Part shown: positions 1-12,120 of the stretch, piece after piece | Numbering within the stretch: the first letter of the stretch is position 1 | Layout of the letters: every line of letters begins with the position of its first letter | Assembly (NCBI GenBank): GCA_951406725.2 | Contig: OX597816.1 | Coordinates: 65,348,001 to 65,412,000, forward strand | DNA: 64,000 bases | Source: Octopus vulgaris | Lineage: Eukaryota | Direction: 5' to 3' | The notes under the pieces: model-generated | Databases searched by the model: none | Seen by the model: only the letters and a program-made list of their open reading frames with translations | Told to the model about the DNA's origin: nothing | Translations under genes and position numbers: made by a program

Positions 1-633
1 GCAAGTTTCAAGATCCTTGAAATACGTTATGGGCGCTGATCTTCCCCTTCTGATAAATCCATTAAAACCGAATTCAGGTCCATACCACGGTTTCATACAG
101 ATGTCTGAGGCGATACTTCTCAACGGCAATGAACGTCAAGTATAGCAGTTATCCACTTGGATACCTGAGCAAATAAACATAGACATTTAATCACTTTCAC
201 CTGCATCTAGATATCACAATCACAGATTCAATACACTTCACCATAATTGTGCCGTGAGCGATTTGATGCTTACGCATGCGTACAAACACATGTTATTTAT
301 TTACAAGCATGTACATACGTGTGTGTGCCCGTGTGCATGTGTGTGAGAACGTGTATGCTTACACACACTAGGCTGTGTTTTATTTAATTTTATAGCTAAT
401 TGACCAGTGTCTTTTTATATATATTTTTAGTCACTTGCTTTAGCTTCACTTCCTTTCTTTATCCTCGCTTAGTTTTTCCCGCTCTTTTTCCCTGACTCCA
501 GTATATTTTACGGGTTTTTTTGACATTGTACGCATTTCTTACATTCATGATTGCCGACGCACGCAGCCAAGTATTCTCGTACTCTGTGTTACAAATGTGG
601 GTGTGCGTGTGTGCACATGTGTGCATATCTGTG

Positions 634-876
634 AGTGGGTGAGTGGGTGAGTGAGTGAGTGAGTGAATGAGTGAGTGAGTGAGTGAGTGAGTGGGTCAGT
701 GAGTGAGTGAATGAGTGAGTGAGTGAATGAGTGAGTGAGTGAGTGAGTGAGTGAGTGAGTGAGTGAGTGAATGAAAGAGCGAGTGAGTGAGTGAGTGAGT
801 GAGTGAGTGAGTGAGTGAGTGAGTGAGAGAGTGAGTGAGTGAGTGAGTGAGTGAGTGAGTGAATGAGTGAGTGAGC
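634..876. repeat. (GAGT)n tetranucleotide microsatellite
   Basis: Direct read; accounts for ORF 696..920. Confidence 0.97.
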
Positions 877-952
877 GAAACTGGTGCTTTATTTATCGAC
901 CCCGAAAGGATGAAAGGCAAAGTCGACCTCGGCGGAATTTGAACTCAGAACG
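877..952 (-). mobile_element. SINE-A fragment
   Basis: Reverse complement of the SINE-A body (B-box GAGTTCAAATTCC plus CCTTTCATCCTTTCGGGGTCGAT). Confidence 0.85.
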
Positions 953-1282
953 TGCATATTTATATATGTATATGTCTTTGAGCCTGTGTTGGTTCCCCCA
1001 ACACTGCTTGACAACCGGTGTTGGTGTTTTTAAGTCTGTGTAACTTAGCAGTTCAGCAAAAGCGATAAATAGAATAAGTAGTAGGCTTTAAAAAGTAAGT
1101 CCTAAGGTGGATTTCTTCGACTAAAATCCTTCGCGGTGGTGCTGCAGCATGGCCGCAGTCAAATGACTGAAAGAAGATAGAAGATATAAGATTATTCTGT
1201 CCCTGTTTTCACCTTCGAACACTGATTCAGGACGGGACCGGAATCGCTGACATATCTTCGATAAAATGCCAGTATTTATTTA

Positions 1283-1697
1283 GGACGGCGAGCTGGCAGA
1301 AACGTTGGCACGCCGAGCGAAATGTGTAGCCGTATTTCGTCTGCTGCTACGTTCTGAGTTCAAATTCCGCCGAGGTCGACTTTGCCTTTTATCCTTTCGG
1401 GGTCGATAAATTAAGTACCAGTTACGCACTGGGGTCGATATAATCGACTTAATCCGTTTGTCTGTCATTGTTTGTCCTCTGTATTTAGCCGCTTGTGGGT
1501 AGTAAAGAAATAAGTATTTCTTCTGCCGTTACGTCCTGAGTTCAACTTCCGCCGAGGTCGACTTTGCCTTTTATCCTTTCGGGGTCGATAAATTAAGTAC
1601 CAGTTACGCACTGGGGTCGATATAATCGACTTAATCCGTTTGTCTGTCCTTGTTTATCCTCTGTGTTTAGCTCCTTGTGGGTAGTAAAGAAATAAGT
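1283..1697 (+). mobile_element. SINE-A (tRNA-derived), tandem dimer
   Basis: A-box-like GCTGGCAGAAACGTTGG, B-box GAGTTCAAATTCC; two ~180-bp body units; flanking direct repeat AGTATTTATTTA(GGA) at 1271 and 1695. Confidence 0.9.
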
Positions 1698-1704
1698 ATT
1701 TATT

Positions 1705-2010
1705 TAGGAAATCAGGTGAACAATGACGGCCATCAATGAAGCTATTGTGATGTGTGGCTGTCGATTAGTCTCTTCTTCAACAACTCTACAAAGGCAGTAG
1801 TGCATAAGATTTGGTATCACATGATTGTAAAGATTGTCTGACATCATTTCTTGGGCTATGTGGGCTCTCTTAGAAGGTACTGAGTCTTTTTTGAAACACT
1901 CATGGTCTTCTACTGTGTACTTCATTTATCCAGGCCTTAACAACTGTCACCAACTCTTCAACGTTTTCAGCATCATTAATTCTTCTAAGATCCTGTGGAA
2001 AGATGCGATG
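1705..2010 (-). pseudogene. Decayed Tc1/mariner-superfamily transposase (maT/DD37D-like)
   Basis: Minus-strand translation across frameshifts: IFPQDLR..VVKAWINEVHSRRP.VFQKDSVPSKRAHIAQEMMSDNLYNHVIPNL..RVVEEETNRQPHITIASL, resembling the FQQDSAPAH..WGVVERETNKHPHNT region. Confidence 0.7.
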
Positions 2011-2031
2011 TAGCACAATATGACGTTCGTT

Positions 2032-2101
2032 AGAAGAAGAAGAAGAAGAAGAAGAAGAAGAAGAAGAAGAAGAAGAAGAAGAAGAAGAAGAAGAAGAAGA
2101 A
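2032..2101. repeat. (AGA)n microsatellite
   Basis: Direct read. Confidence 0.97.
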
Positions 2102-2132
2102 ACGCGAATTTCATAAAGAAATTATTAGTATA

Positions 2133-2751
2133 TTTATTTCTTTATTGCCCACAGGGAGCTAAACATAGGGAGGACAAACAAGGACAGACAAACGGATTAA
2201 GTCGATTACATCGACCCCAGTACGTAACTGGTACTTGTTTATCCACCCCGAAAGGATGAAAGGCAAAGTCGACCTCAGCGGATTTTGAACTCAGAACGTA
2301 ACGGCAGACGAAATACCTATTTCTTTACTACCCACAAGGGGCTAAACACAGAGAGGACAAACAAGGACAGACAAACGGATCAAGTCGATTCCATCGACCC
2401 CAGTGCGTAACTGGTACTTAATTTATCGACCCCGAAAGGATGAAAGGCAAAGTCGACCTCGGCGGAATTTGAACTCACAACGTAACGGCAGGCGAAATAC
2501 CTATTTCTTTATTAAAATATATTTCTTTACTACCCACAAGGGGCTAAACACAGAGGGGACAAACAAGGACAGACAAACGGATCAAGTCGATTTCATCGAC
2601 CCCAGTACGTAACTGGTACTTAATTTATCGACCCCGAAAGGATGAAAGGCAAAGTCGACCTCGGCGGAATTTGAACTCACAACGTAACGGCAGACGAAAT
2701 ACGGCTACGCATTTCGCCCGGCGTGCTAACGTTTCTGCCAGCTCGCCGCCT
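2133..2751 (-). mobile_element. SINE-A tandem trimer
   Basis: One head at 2751 followed by three near-identical ~183-bp body units. Confidence 0.9.
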
Positions 2752-3332
2752 AAATAATAATATATTAGTTTTCACTTGCTTTAATTAATTATATCAAATC
2801 AAAATTAACAATTAATAGATTAATCAAATGATGATTTTTATAGTTATTTCCTTTGAAATCTCTTGCATAGTTTTGTTTTTGCGTTTTGCCTTTTGTCTTG
2901 TTTTTTTTTATACTTTACGTTCTTTTTTCTACTTCTATATTCAACTTTGTGGTTGATTTGTCGAAGAGAATTTTCTCCGTGAGATTTTTGTCCGAAGGAG
3001 TTTCTTCCTATAAGCTTTTGTGAGACTTGTAATAGACTTAAAGACTGTCCTTAATTATCCTTTTCTCCACCGATTTACAACCAGTGCTGGTTTATTTACG
3101 TCCCCGTGACGTTGCTAATCAGACGTTGCAACTCGGAATCCGACAGAGTAAGTTCCAGAGTTAAAACAAAAATTAGTATTGGACGTGATTTGTTTCTTCT
3201 AAAGCATTCGTGACGATGCCCCAGCCTGACCGCAGTCCAAAGACTGAAACAATTAAAAGATAAAAGGTGTGTGTGTGAGAGAGAGAGGGGTGGATAGAGA
3301 GATGAGGGAAAGTAAGATGAAAGTAAAGATAC

Positions 3333-3690
3333 GTAGGCGCAGGAGTGGCTGTGTGGTAAGTAGCTTGCTTACCAACCATATGGTTCCGGGTTCAGTCCCA
3401 CTGCGTGGCACCTTGTACAAGTGTCTTCTTCTATAGCATCGGGCCGACCAAAGCCTTGTGAGTGGATTTGGTAGACGGAAACTGAAAGACGCCCTTCGTA
3501 TGTGTGTGTGTGTGTGTCCCCCCAACATCGCTTGACAATCGATGGTGGTGTGTTTACGTCTCCGTAACTTAGCAATTCGACCCGAGACCGATAAAATAAG
3601 TACTAGGCTTACAAAGAATAAGTCCTGGGGTCGATGTGCTCGACTAAAGGCAGTGCTCTAGCATGGCCGAAGTCAAATGACTGAAACAAA
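3333..3690 (+). mobile_element. SINE-B (tRNA-derived, CORE-like motif), full length
   Basis: Head TGGCTGTGTGGTAAG...GGGTTCAGTCCC; CORE-like CACCTTG(GG)CAAGTG; internal (TG)n; 3' half ending GACTGAAACAA; more than 12 copies in window. Confidence 0.88.
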
Positions 3691-4089
3691 TCTTTATATA
3701 TAAAAGAGAGGTTGTGTGCTGTCTGTCTCCTACGATTTAGATTCCTAACTACTCCCACATTTTGCGGTGCAGTTTAACCAAAACCGGGTATCTTATAGTC
3801 GTGATTCATATCGAGCCCTTCTGGGTATTAGCGTGTGTCTACGATGAATCTACGATTTTAAAAATAATTTACCATCAATTTTTCTCATTTTTAATGCATT
3901 TTTGGCATATATAAGGGAAGTAACTCTCTAAAAATTTATTACTAAATCTCAGAACGTAAAAAGCTACAGTAACACCCCTCTTCCTTTGTGGTTAGCCATA
4001 TTGAGATGGCTATTATACTTTACATCTCTGAAAATGCTTATATAGTTATTTCCCTTACAAATCCGAGCAACGCCGGGCGATACTGCTAG
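3691..4089 (+). mobile_element. Non-autonomous Helitron-like element
   Basis: 5' TCTTTATATATAAAA; subterminal hairpin TCCGAGCAACGCCGGG; 3' CTAG; inserted at A^T in a SINE-B tail with no TSD. Confidence 0.85.
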
Positions 4090-4937
4090 TAAAAGAATAA
4101 AAGAATATAATGCACACGAAATTAGTTTTTACACGCTCCAACGGCATGCTAGAAATAGCAGCCAAATCGCTTTCAAATTAAAGTCTCGTGTCTAAAAGAA
4201 AAGAGATAAGATAGTGGATAATATTGTCTGGGGAAAAAAGGCAGGATGGTCACGACTAGAATACCTCCGAACATGTCCCTTCAATGCCCTGATCTAAGCA
4301 ACAAATTAGATCTAAACAATGCACACAGATGTATATAACAGAAGTTATCGAGAAACAAAATAAAGTTTAAGTTAAAGAAATCGATAACTATACAATGGTG
4401 ACCTTAACTTCAACTCTACTTCTGCAGAATATGTGTGGGAGGAAAGAGAGTTGGGAGAGAGAGAGAGAGAGAGAGATGGACAGGGAGGATGAATGTAAAG
4501 AAAAACAATATTTATTCTGTGGATGCAGAGTTGAATTTGCGGTCACCGATGTCCAATAACAAAACACAATGGAAAAAAAAAAAGAGATGAAATGAATGAG
4601 AAAATTAAATGGAGAAAAGGAATGGTATGAAAGCCCCACTGGCTCTGAACTACTAAACCAATTTCTAAATGACGCTATAAACTACATCTAACATCGTAGA
4701 CATTGCTGGAGAGTGAATGTTTGTCAGATAATGGAATGGAATTAGGGCGCAGAGGAGTTGAGGTGTATACAATAAAAGTTCAATGCGAAGATGGAAACTA
4801 ATATGAAGTAGGGCACAAGCATAGCGGGATGGTTCAGAAGCACACTTTGCAACCACATGGATTTCAAGTTCAATACTCCTAATCGGCACTTTGAGCAAGT
4901 TTTTTTTCTAATTTGAAGGCAAGTTTTTTCTAAGTTG

Positions 4938-5372
4938 GAGGCAGCGAGCTGGCAGAATCGTTAGGATACCGAGCGAAATGCTTAGCGGAATTTCGTCTGC
5001 CGCTACGCTCTGAGTTCAAATTCCGCCGAGGTCGACTTTGCTTTTCATCTTTCGGGATCGATTAAATAAGTACCAGTTACGCACTGGGGTCGATATAATC
5101 GACTTGATCCGTTTGTCTGTACTTGTTTGTCACCACTATGTTTAACACCTTGTGGGCAATAAAGAAATAAGAAACGTTAGCACGCCGGGCGAAATGCGTA
5201 GACGTATTTCGTCTGCCGTTATGTTCTGAGTTCAAATTCCGCCGAGGTCGACTTTGCCTTTCATGCTTTCGGGGTCGATAAATTAAGTACCAGTTCAGGA
5301 CTGAGGTCGATCGAATAGACTGGGCCCCATCCCCCAAAATTTCGGACCTTGTGCTTAGAGTAGAAAAGAATA
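4938..5372 (+). mobile_element. SINE-A dimer with two different 3' tails
   Basis: First unit ends TTGTGGGCAATAAAGAAATA; second ends CCTTGTGCTTAGAGTAGAAAAGAAT. Confidence 0.85.
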
Positions 5373-5464
5373 TATCCTAGATCGATCAATGCAAGACTGA
5401 AATATTTCCTCCAGCACGCGCTTGCTCTCTTAGAAGCGGTTAAAAAAGAATTAGAATAAATTAT

Positions 5465-5710
5465 CTTTTATCTTTTACTTATTCCAATCATTAGGCTGCA
5501 GCCATGCTGGAGCAGCACCTTGGAGAACATTTTCCTTTTAGTCGAAAGAATCTACCCAAGTACTTAGTTTCTTAAAATCTAGTACTTATTCTATAAATAT
5601 ATTTTGACGAACAGCTAAGTTACGAGGACGCAAACACACTAGCACCGGTTATCAAACGATGCTGGGAAACAGAGACATAAAGAACCATAGACGCACGCAC
5701 ACACACACAC
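5465..5710 (-). mobile_element. SINE-B 3' half, diverged
   Basis: Matches the reverse complement of 3520-3690. Confidence 0.75.
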
Positions 5711-5818
5711 ATTTATTGAAATATGAATGAGAAGCAGCCCAAGGGATATAAACAATATCGAACACATATACACGAACTGGCAAAACGCATGGCTTGTGTA
5801 TTGTGTATGTGTTCGATA

Positions 5819-5858
<40 letters not shown>

Positions 5859-5859
5859 T

Positions 5860-6142
5860 TAAATGTAATATGTGACAATTATTCGGTAGCCATGATAAAA
5901 CTCCGAGTTTCGGATGTCGGGGTGGAAATCCACGCCGCCATCTCTTCAATTATCTGACCATCGGAAAAAGTGGTATGAAGATGGCCGGATAACTGAAGAG
6001 ATGCCGGCGTGGGTTTCCACTCGGAGTTTTATCATGGCTACCGAATAATTGTCACATATTACATTTACAGATAGATTCCTCTATTTACATAATATCGAAT
6101 CGAGGACTCTTTCTTTCTTTTGTTGTTTTACCATTTCTATCA

Positions 6143-6145
<3 letters not shown>
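5860..6145. mobile_element. Penelope-like inverted terminal-repeat remnant with hammerhead motif
   Basis: Perfect 49-bp inverted repeat 5860-5908/6019-6067 plus inner arms; hammerhead-like motif 5894-5954 (-); flanked by (TA)n. Confidence 0.7.
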
Positions 6146-6215
<70 letters not shown>

Positions 6216-6220
<5 letters not shown>

Positions 6221-6397
6221 AATGTGACCGCGTGTGTACCGTTGGCGATTACTTTCCTCCGTCTTCCCTTCTCTTTGAATCTTTCCTTTTCCTATGTTTC
6301 TGACGAAGAGCTCCACTCAAAACGTTAAATCCTCCTTCTTTCCTGAGCGTCCAATAATGCTATACTTGTTCCACGTCCTCGCGTTGTCGTGTTTTCT

Positions 6398-6402
<5 letters not shown>
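6216..6402 (+). mobile_element. Family D hammerhead-bearing short element (PLE pLTR-like)
   Basis: gttt-CTGACGA-a-gagc-tcc-actc-AAAA-cg-TT-aaat at 6296-6330; homologues at 37569 and 61329; (TA)n on both sides. Confidence 0.75.
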
Positions 6403-6458
<56 letters not shown>

Positions 6459-7274
6459 ATATATGCTTATAATTATTTGAACCCGAATTTACCATGCCAG
6501 ACAAAAATACTTAACGGCATTTCTTCCGACTTTACATTCTGCGCTTAAATGCTGCCTGGGTCTACTTCGCCTTTCATCAATAAGTACTAGTTGAGCAATA
6601 ATTCCCTGATAATCTGGCTTTGTAGCAAAATTTGAAACCAATTATCATAACCCACTTATTGTAATTTATTAATATACTTGACCCGAAATTTCTAGATAAT
6701 CTAAATCCTACTATTACTCACCTACAGTTATGCGTTGTTGCATGCTTTTTGTTATACAACTTCTCTTTGTATTTTGTAGAAAGAAAATACTACTCGCATA
6801 GAGTTCTCAATTTTAGCTTAGTTCGTAAGCCTTGGGTGGCATAAAATTGATAAATATTTAGCAATTATCTGAAATGGTCAATGCTACCACAAACATTTTA
6901 AAATATTTCATCTCCGAGGAGATAATGTGCTTCATGGTTTAATATTCACATTTCCCAGTTATTAGCGGTTTAGGGACTCTGTTTTAACCTTGTTTGTTTG
7001 TTGTACTTTTGTTTGTCTTTTGCTGTTTTCAATAGTGCTTAATTTCTTTAGTAAGGACATCATATAACTTTAGGTATCGCAGAAATGTATGTGTTGGTGT
7101 AATATCGTATATAATAAAAGAAAGGTGATCGATGGATGCAGACATCGTTGTGTGGTTAAGAATTCGTTTTGCAACCACATGGTTCCTGGTTCAATTATTC
7201 TACGAGCATCTTGGGCAGGTGCTTCCTACCTTAGCCCTCAGATGATGGGTAGTTTCGAGTGAACAATTTAGACT

Positions 7275-7348
7275 GGTATATGGCGTGGTGGTTAAGAGTG
7301 CGGGCTACTAAACCCAAGATTCCGAGTTCGATTCCAGGCAGTAACCTC

Positions 7349-7412
<64 letters not shown>

Positions 7413-7593
7413 GTAACATCGAAAAATATCTTAGGAATGAGAACCCAGGTTCGAAATTTCCCAAGACACCTGATGAAGGCTGGAGGGTATATCAGCCGAA
7501 ACGTTGTGTTAGCAACAAACAAGATGAGGACAAATATCCGTCAAATGTAAATAATGTACATAATTCCTCATCTATATTTATAGAACTGTATTA
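7275..7593 (+). mobile_element. SINE-C: tRNA-like head + (AAT)n + hammerhead tail
   Basis: A-box TGGCGTGGTGGTTAAG, B-box GAGTTCGATTCC, (AAT)n, hammerhead at 7465-7510; further copies at about 48244, 59470 and 59825. Confidence 0.85.
7465..7510 (+). ncRNA. Minimal type-I hammerhead ribozyme motif
   Basis: gacac-CUGAUGA-a-ggcug-(10 nt)-cagcc-GAAA-cg-UU-gugUu; palindromic AACGUU stem III. Confidence 0.8.
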
Positions 7594-7606
7594 CACAGAA
7601 GTCCAT

Positions 7607-7665
<59 letters not shown>

Positions 7666-8089
7666 GTGTGTGTATGTGTGTATGTGCGCGTGTGTGTTGA
7701 AGTTAGAGACAAAGAGGAGAGAATAAATATTCAATGCATGTAAGAGTGTTTATTTATTTTGAAAATGCTGATGATTAGTTCTACCGTGAGTCAAAGTTTC
7801 TTGCCAGGTGCATTGCTCCAGGGATTAAAACTGGTGTTTGATGTGTTGTAATAGAGAACGACAATTAAATCGATTTCCATCGGTCAATAAGTTTCTGGTG
7901 AAAAGTTGTAAGATGATTTGCTGGAAGTTATTGACAGTGGGAGATAACTCCTTATGATTAAGCCTCAAATGATATCTATGATAAAGTGTCTTCTGCTTTA
8001 TCTCTGAACTTACATGAATGTTCGTATTGGTTATATCTGTTCTTAAATGCATTTGGTTGAATGCATTTGTTTAAAAAGAGACGATGAGC

Positions 8090-10590
8090 GACGGCTAGAA
8101 GAATATTGAGCTATATTTAATAACAAGTTGATCTAGCAAGCGGGGCCTCATATCTGAGAGGGGACGGGTGCGCAATGATGCCGTCGAGAAGCAGGCCCCG
8201 AAACACTTGCTAGCTTCCGGTATGCGGAGCTTTCGACCGGTAGCGCTTGCAAAACGTCTAAGACTTTGTTGTAGGTAACCACTGACATACCGCAAAGACG
8301 GCTAGGTATCTTGGAAACACAAGAGGACTCTGCTCGGAATGACGAATTTACAATGGGAAAGACTGGCGGAGGCTGCAGACTTACAATCCTCGCCTTTGCA
8401 ACATACTGTAACAACTATCAATGAGAATGACGGCCCTATGATTGACCGAGAGTGGGGATCGAGAATCAATCAAACCCAGTTAACACGGAAATGGCCTTGG
8501 ACATGAATACGGCCATTCCATCGAACAGCGAACGTACTGCAAGCAACTTTAGATGCAAGATGTGCTGTAGGACCTTTGCAACCGAGAGAGGCTTGAAGAT
8601 TTGTAAGAAGAGAACAGAGCAGTGAGGATCATCTGATCGTAAAATACGTGGCAAATCATTCCCGGACTCAAACTATAGCGGATCGATAAATGCTATAACA
8701 AAGGTATTTTCCCGACAGGAAACTGCAGATTATGAGACTGGTGTATCAGATAGTATTCGGAAGAAACCGAGGGTTTTGTGTCCTGCTGCCAATGAGAAAG
8801 GAAGATATAAAGATCTTGAGAACAAGGTGTGTCAAGCTCTTTATAAAATGGCAGGATCTACAGTGGAGATACTGAGAAATTTAACAAGCTCAATAAGCGA
8901 TACAGGAAAGGAGTTATTTGGAGTGAAAGATGGTATCCGATTAGCTGAAGGAAAGTGTAGACCAAGCAGGGGGATCAGGAAAATGAAACAGCTGAAGAAG
9001 GAAAAGAACAACCTAAGAAAGTGATGGAATTGTGCTGAGGAAGAAGAAAAACCCGGCCTCGCACAGCTGGACGAAGATTTAAAAAGGAAATGCCGTTATG
9101 AGCAACAACATATCCGCCGATATAAGCGAATAAAGCAAAGTAAACTGACTCGTGAACACTTTCTGAGGGACCTGTAAGGGTTACTAAGAATTTGTTCACT
9201 GAGCCGAAGAGTGGCACTTTATCGTGCACAAAAGAAGAATTGAGTGCTCATATCAAAGAAACCTACAATGATTCAAACCATAACCAGCCACTGCCACCCA
9301 CAAATGGGCTAAAACATCTCTTAGACCCTGATATCGAATTTCAAATTGGAGACAACAAGGAGAAAGAAGTGAATGATTTCGTGAGAAAAGCTAGAGCAAA
9401 GAGTGCCCCAGGAGGTGATGGCGTCTCGTATAAAGTATATAAATATTGCAATCGTCTGCGAAAGAAGCTCTTTGTCCTACTTCGACAGCTGTGGCGTGAA
9501 GAGATTCTAGTAGAGAATAGGTGTAAGGCAGAAGACATGAGGCTAATGCAGAGATTATAAAACAGTTTAGGCCGATATCCTTATTGAATGTGGAAGGCAA
9601 GATCTTTATGGGAATTCTCTCAAAGAGAACAGTGGCATATCTACAGAGTAATGGATATGTTGATGAATCTGTTCAAAAGGCCGGAATCCCTGGGATCCCT
9701 GGATGCGTTGAGCATTGTTTTTCGATTTGGAAAGCGATCCAGGATGCCAAATAGAACGAGACAAGTCTAAACGTGGTATGGCTTGATCTAGCTAACGCAT
9801 ATGGCTCAGTGCCAAACGAATTACTGATGAGAGCCATGGACCACTTCCACATTCTAGACAAAGTAACAAAATTAATGAGGATATATTATTACAGTTTCGA
9901 GATGAGGCTTACAGCTGGAAATTTTACAACAGATTGACACCGATTAGAGATTGGCATTGCTGCTGGCTGAACAATATCTGTCACGTGTTTTATCTTAGTC
10001 ATGGAAATTATTTTGAAAGCAGTGGACTTTTCGGAACAAATCACCTATGTACAATCATCTAATAAGAGGTTCATGGATGACGTAATACTTCTATCGACTA
10101 GACGAGCTGGTGAAGTGGTCAAGGATGCGATTCGGAGCAAAAAAGTCGCGTTGTGCAAAAAGAAGTAACGTTTAGAATAGTTGAAGAAAGCATTTCAACA
10201 GTCAAGGAGGAACCCGTCAAGAGCTTGGGGTGAGTATACACTGGAACATTGTCAGATAGGAATTGTGGGATGAAAATTATGAAACAAGCCGAGTATGGTT
10301 TAACAGCAACCGGTAACTCAAAGCTATCAGGTAAATATAAAATTAGGTGCTTACAGTCCGGCTTGTATCGCGACTTTCGTGGCCACTTTTAATATACGAG
10401 GTAGGACTGTCACGAGTTCAAATCATCGAGTAAAAGTGTAATGTGTTCATTAGAAAGTGGCTAGGCCTACCTCGGATATTGAACAGTTCAGCTCTTTATC
10501 GTGAAAGAGGCTCGTTGCAGTTACCACTAGCGTCAATAGATGAAATTTATAAACTGGGGGAGGTACGAACGTTGATGATGCTGTCTTGTT
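8090..10590 (+). mobile_element. Decayed RLE-type non-LTR retrotransposon (HERO-clade-like), zinc finger + RT
   Basis: CKMCCRTFATERGLKI zinc finger (~8550); KARAKSAPGGDGVSYKVYK; QFRPISLLNVEGKIF; VQKAGIPGIPGCVEH; VWLDLANAYGSVP; LEIGIAAG.TISV; FMDD; RKWLGLPR; many stops and frameshifts. Confidence 0.85.
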
Positions 10591-11664
10591 ATAGAATTGA
10601 TTAAATTCAATGATAGAACACAAGGATATCGACACTCAAAGAATCAAGCAACTTATGTATTATACAAACTATGCATAATATCAACGATAATTTACAAGCC
10701 TTGATATTGTTGTTTAGCTCAATATTGTCTCTGATGGACAGGACCTTCAAAGGCAACCTAGCTATGATTATCCCGTCTAACTTTTTTAAGTGTATCTAAG
10801 ATAACATTATCAAATGTGTTCTTACTTTTCAAACAGCCGACTACAAAGTAATGGAAATTTAGCTGTTATGTTTAGCAGGACGATTGGAGACGAAAAGTCT
10901 CCGTCATAAGCTTGTATATCACAAATTCAAATTAGGAATTCAACTAACTCTGAGTATACCACACTATTCGGAATACTTGCAGATTTTCAGATGTAACGAA
11001 AAATAAAGAAATATTTCGATTACATGAAAAGTTAGAAAGGGGAAATTACTGAATACGTTGATAAAAACAAAAGCATTTCAGTTCAATTAGAGAAGATGAA
11101 ATTAGAGAATTTTCCACGAACAAATGGCTAAAGTCCCACTCACATTTGTGTGTATCGATTCAGTAAGTGGCTAATTTATATTTGACATCTTATCACTGGA
11201 ACTAGAAAACCATTGTTTATCCTAAAATGAATGATTCTTTAAAATTAAACATCCTCATAGAAGAACTCTCAGAAACGAATTAAAAGGATATATCACTATT
11301 GATTCCTTACAAGATGGAGATAATAGCTATTTATATTGTCTTTAGTTTCTTAACAACTCGAGTCTGTCAGGAAGGAATGGCATTATATGTGAGTAGTCGA
11401 CTCACTGGAAAGTTCTGGTGTAACGTTGCTCCGCAACACGGGTCGTTAATGAGGTTTTATAATAGAATGATGTCAGCTGTTGGTGAAATATTTCCATCCA
11501 TTATTGCTTCTGACATCGTAATTAGCACAATTCAGAGAAATTGACATTTTATCTCGAGAATAATATTGATCTCTGGAGGATGCAAACACGAGATTGTAGA
11601 TTAAGTGTAAATAGTTCTGAAATAGGTTTTCCTCCTTAAAGTTGAGAAGGTCTGGTGCAAACTT

Positions 11665-11737
11665 ATATACATATACAATCATACATACACACATACATAC
11701 ATACATACATACATACATACATACATACATACATACA

Positions 11738-11769
<32 letters not shown>

Positions 11770-12088
11770 AACCCTCACTCACGTTCTCGCACGTAATATT
11801 CATGTAAATGTGTGAGGAGTATTTTTGTGTATATGGATATATGTGTGTGTATGTGTGTGTGTGGTTATGTACATGCATATATAAATATATATATATATGT
11901 GTGTGTGTGTGTGCATACATATATATTATACATGCCTTGTATATGTGTAAAGTAATGTGTGAGAGTAATGTGTGTTGATGCATACGTAATACATACATAC
12001 ATGCATACGTACATATAACATACATACATACACAAATACATACATACATACATACATACATACATACATACATACATACATACATACA

Positions 12089-12119
<31 letters not shown>

Positions 12120-12120
12120 G
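11665..12120. repeat. (ACAT)n microsatellites with TA/TG low-complexity DNA
   Basis: Direct read. Confidence 0.95.

Noticed and set aside
1283-2751. Regularly repeated units resembling a CRISPR array
   Set aside because: Units are ~180-bp SINE bodies without unique spacers, no cas genes, eukaryotic context.
7278-7348. Possible tRNA gene
   Set aside because: A/B boxes are present but there is no proper acceptor stem, and it is always fused to the same repeat tail: a SINE head.
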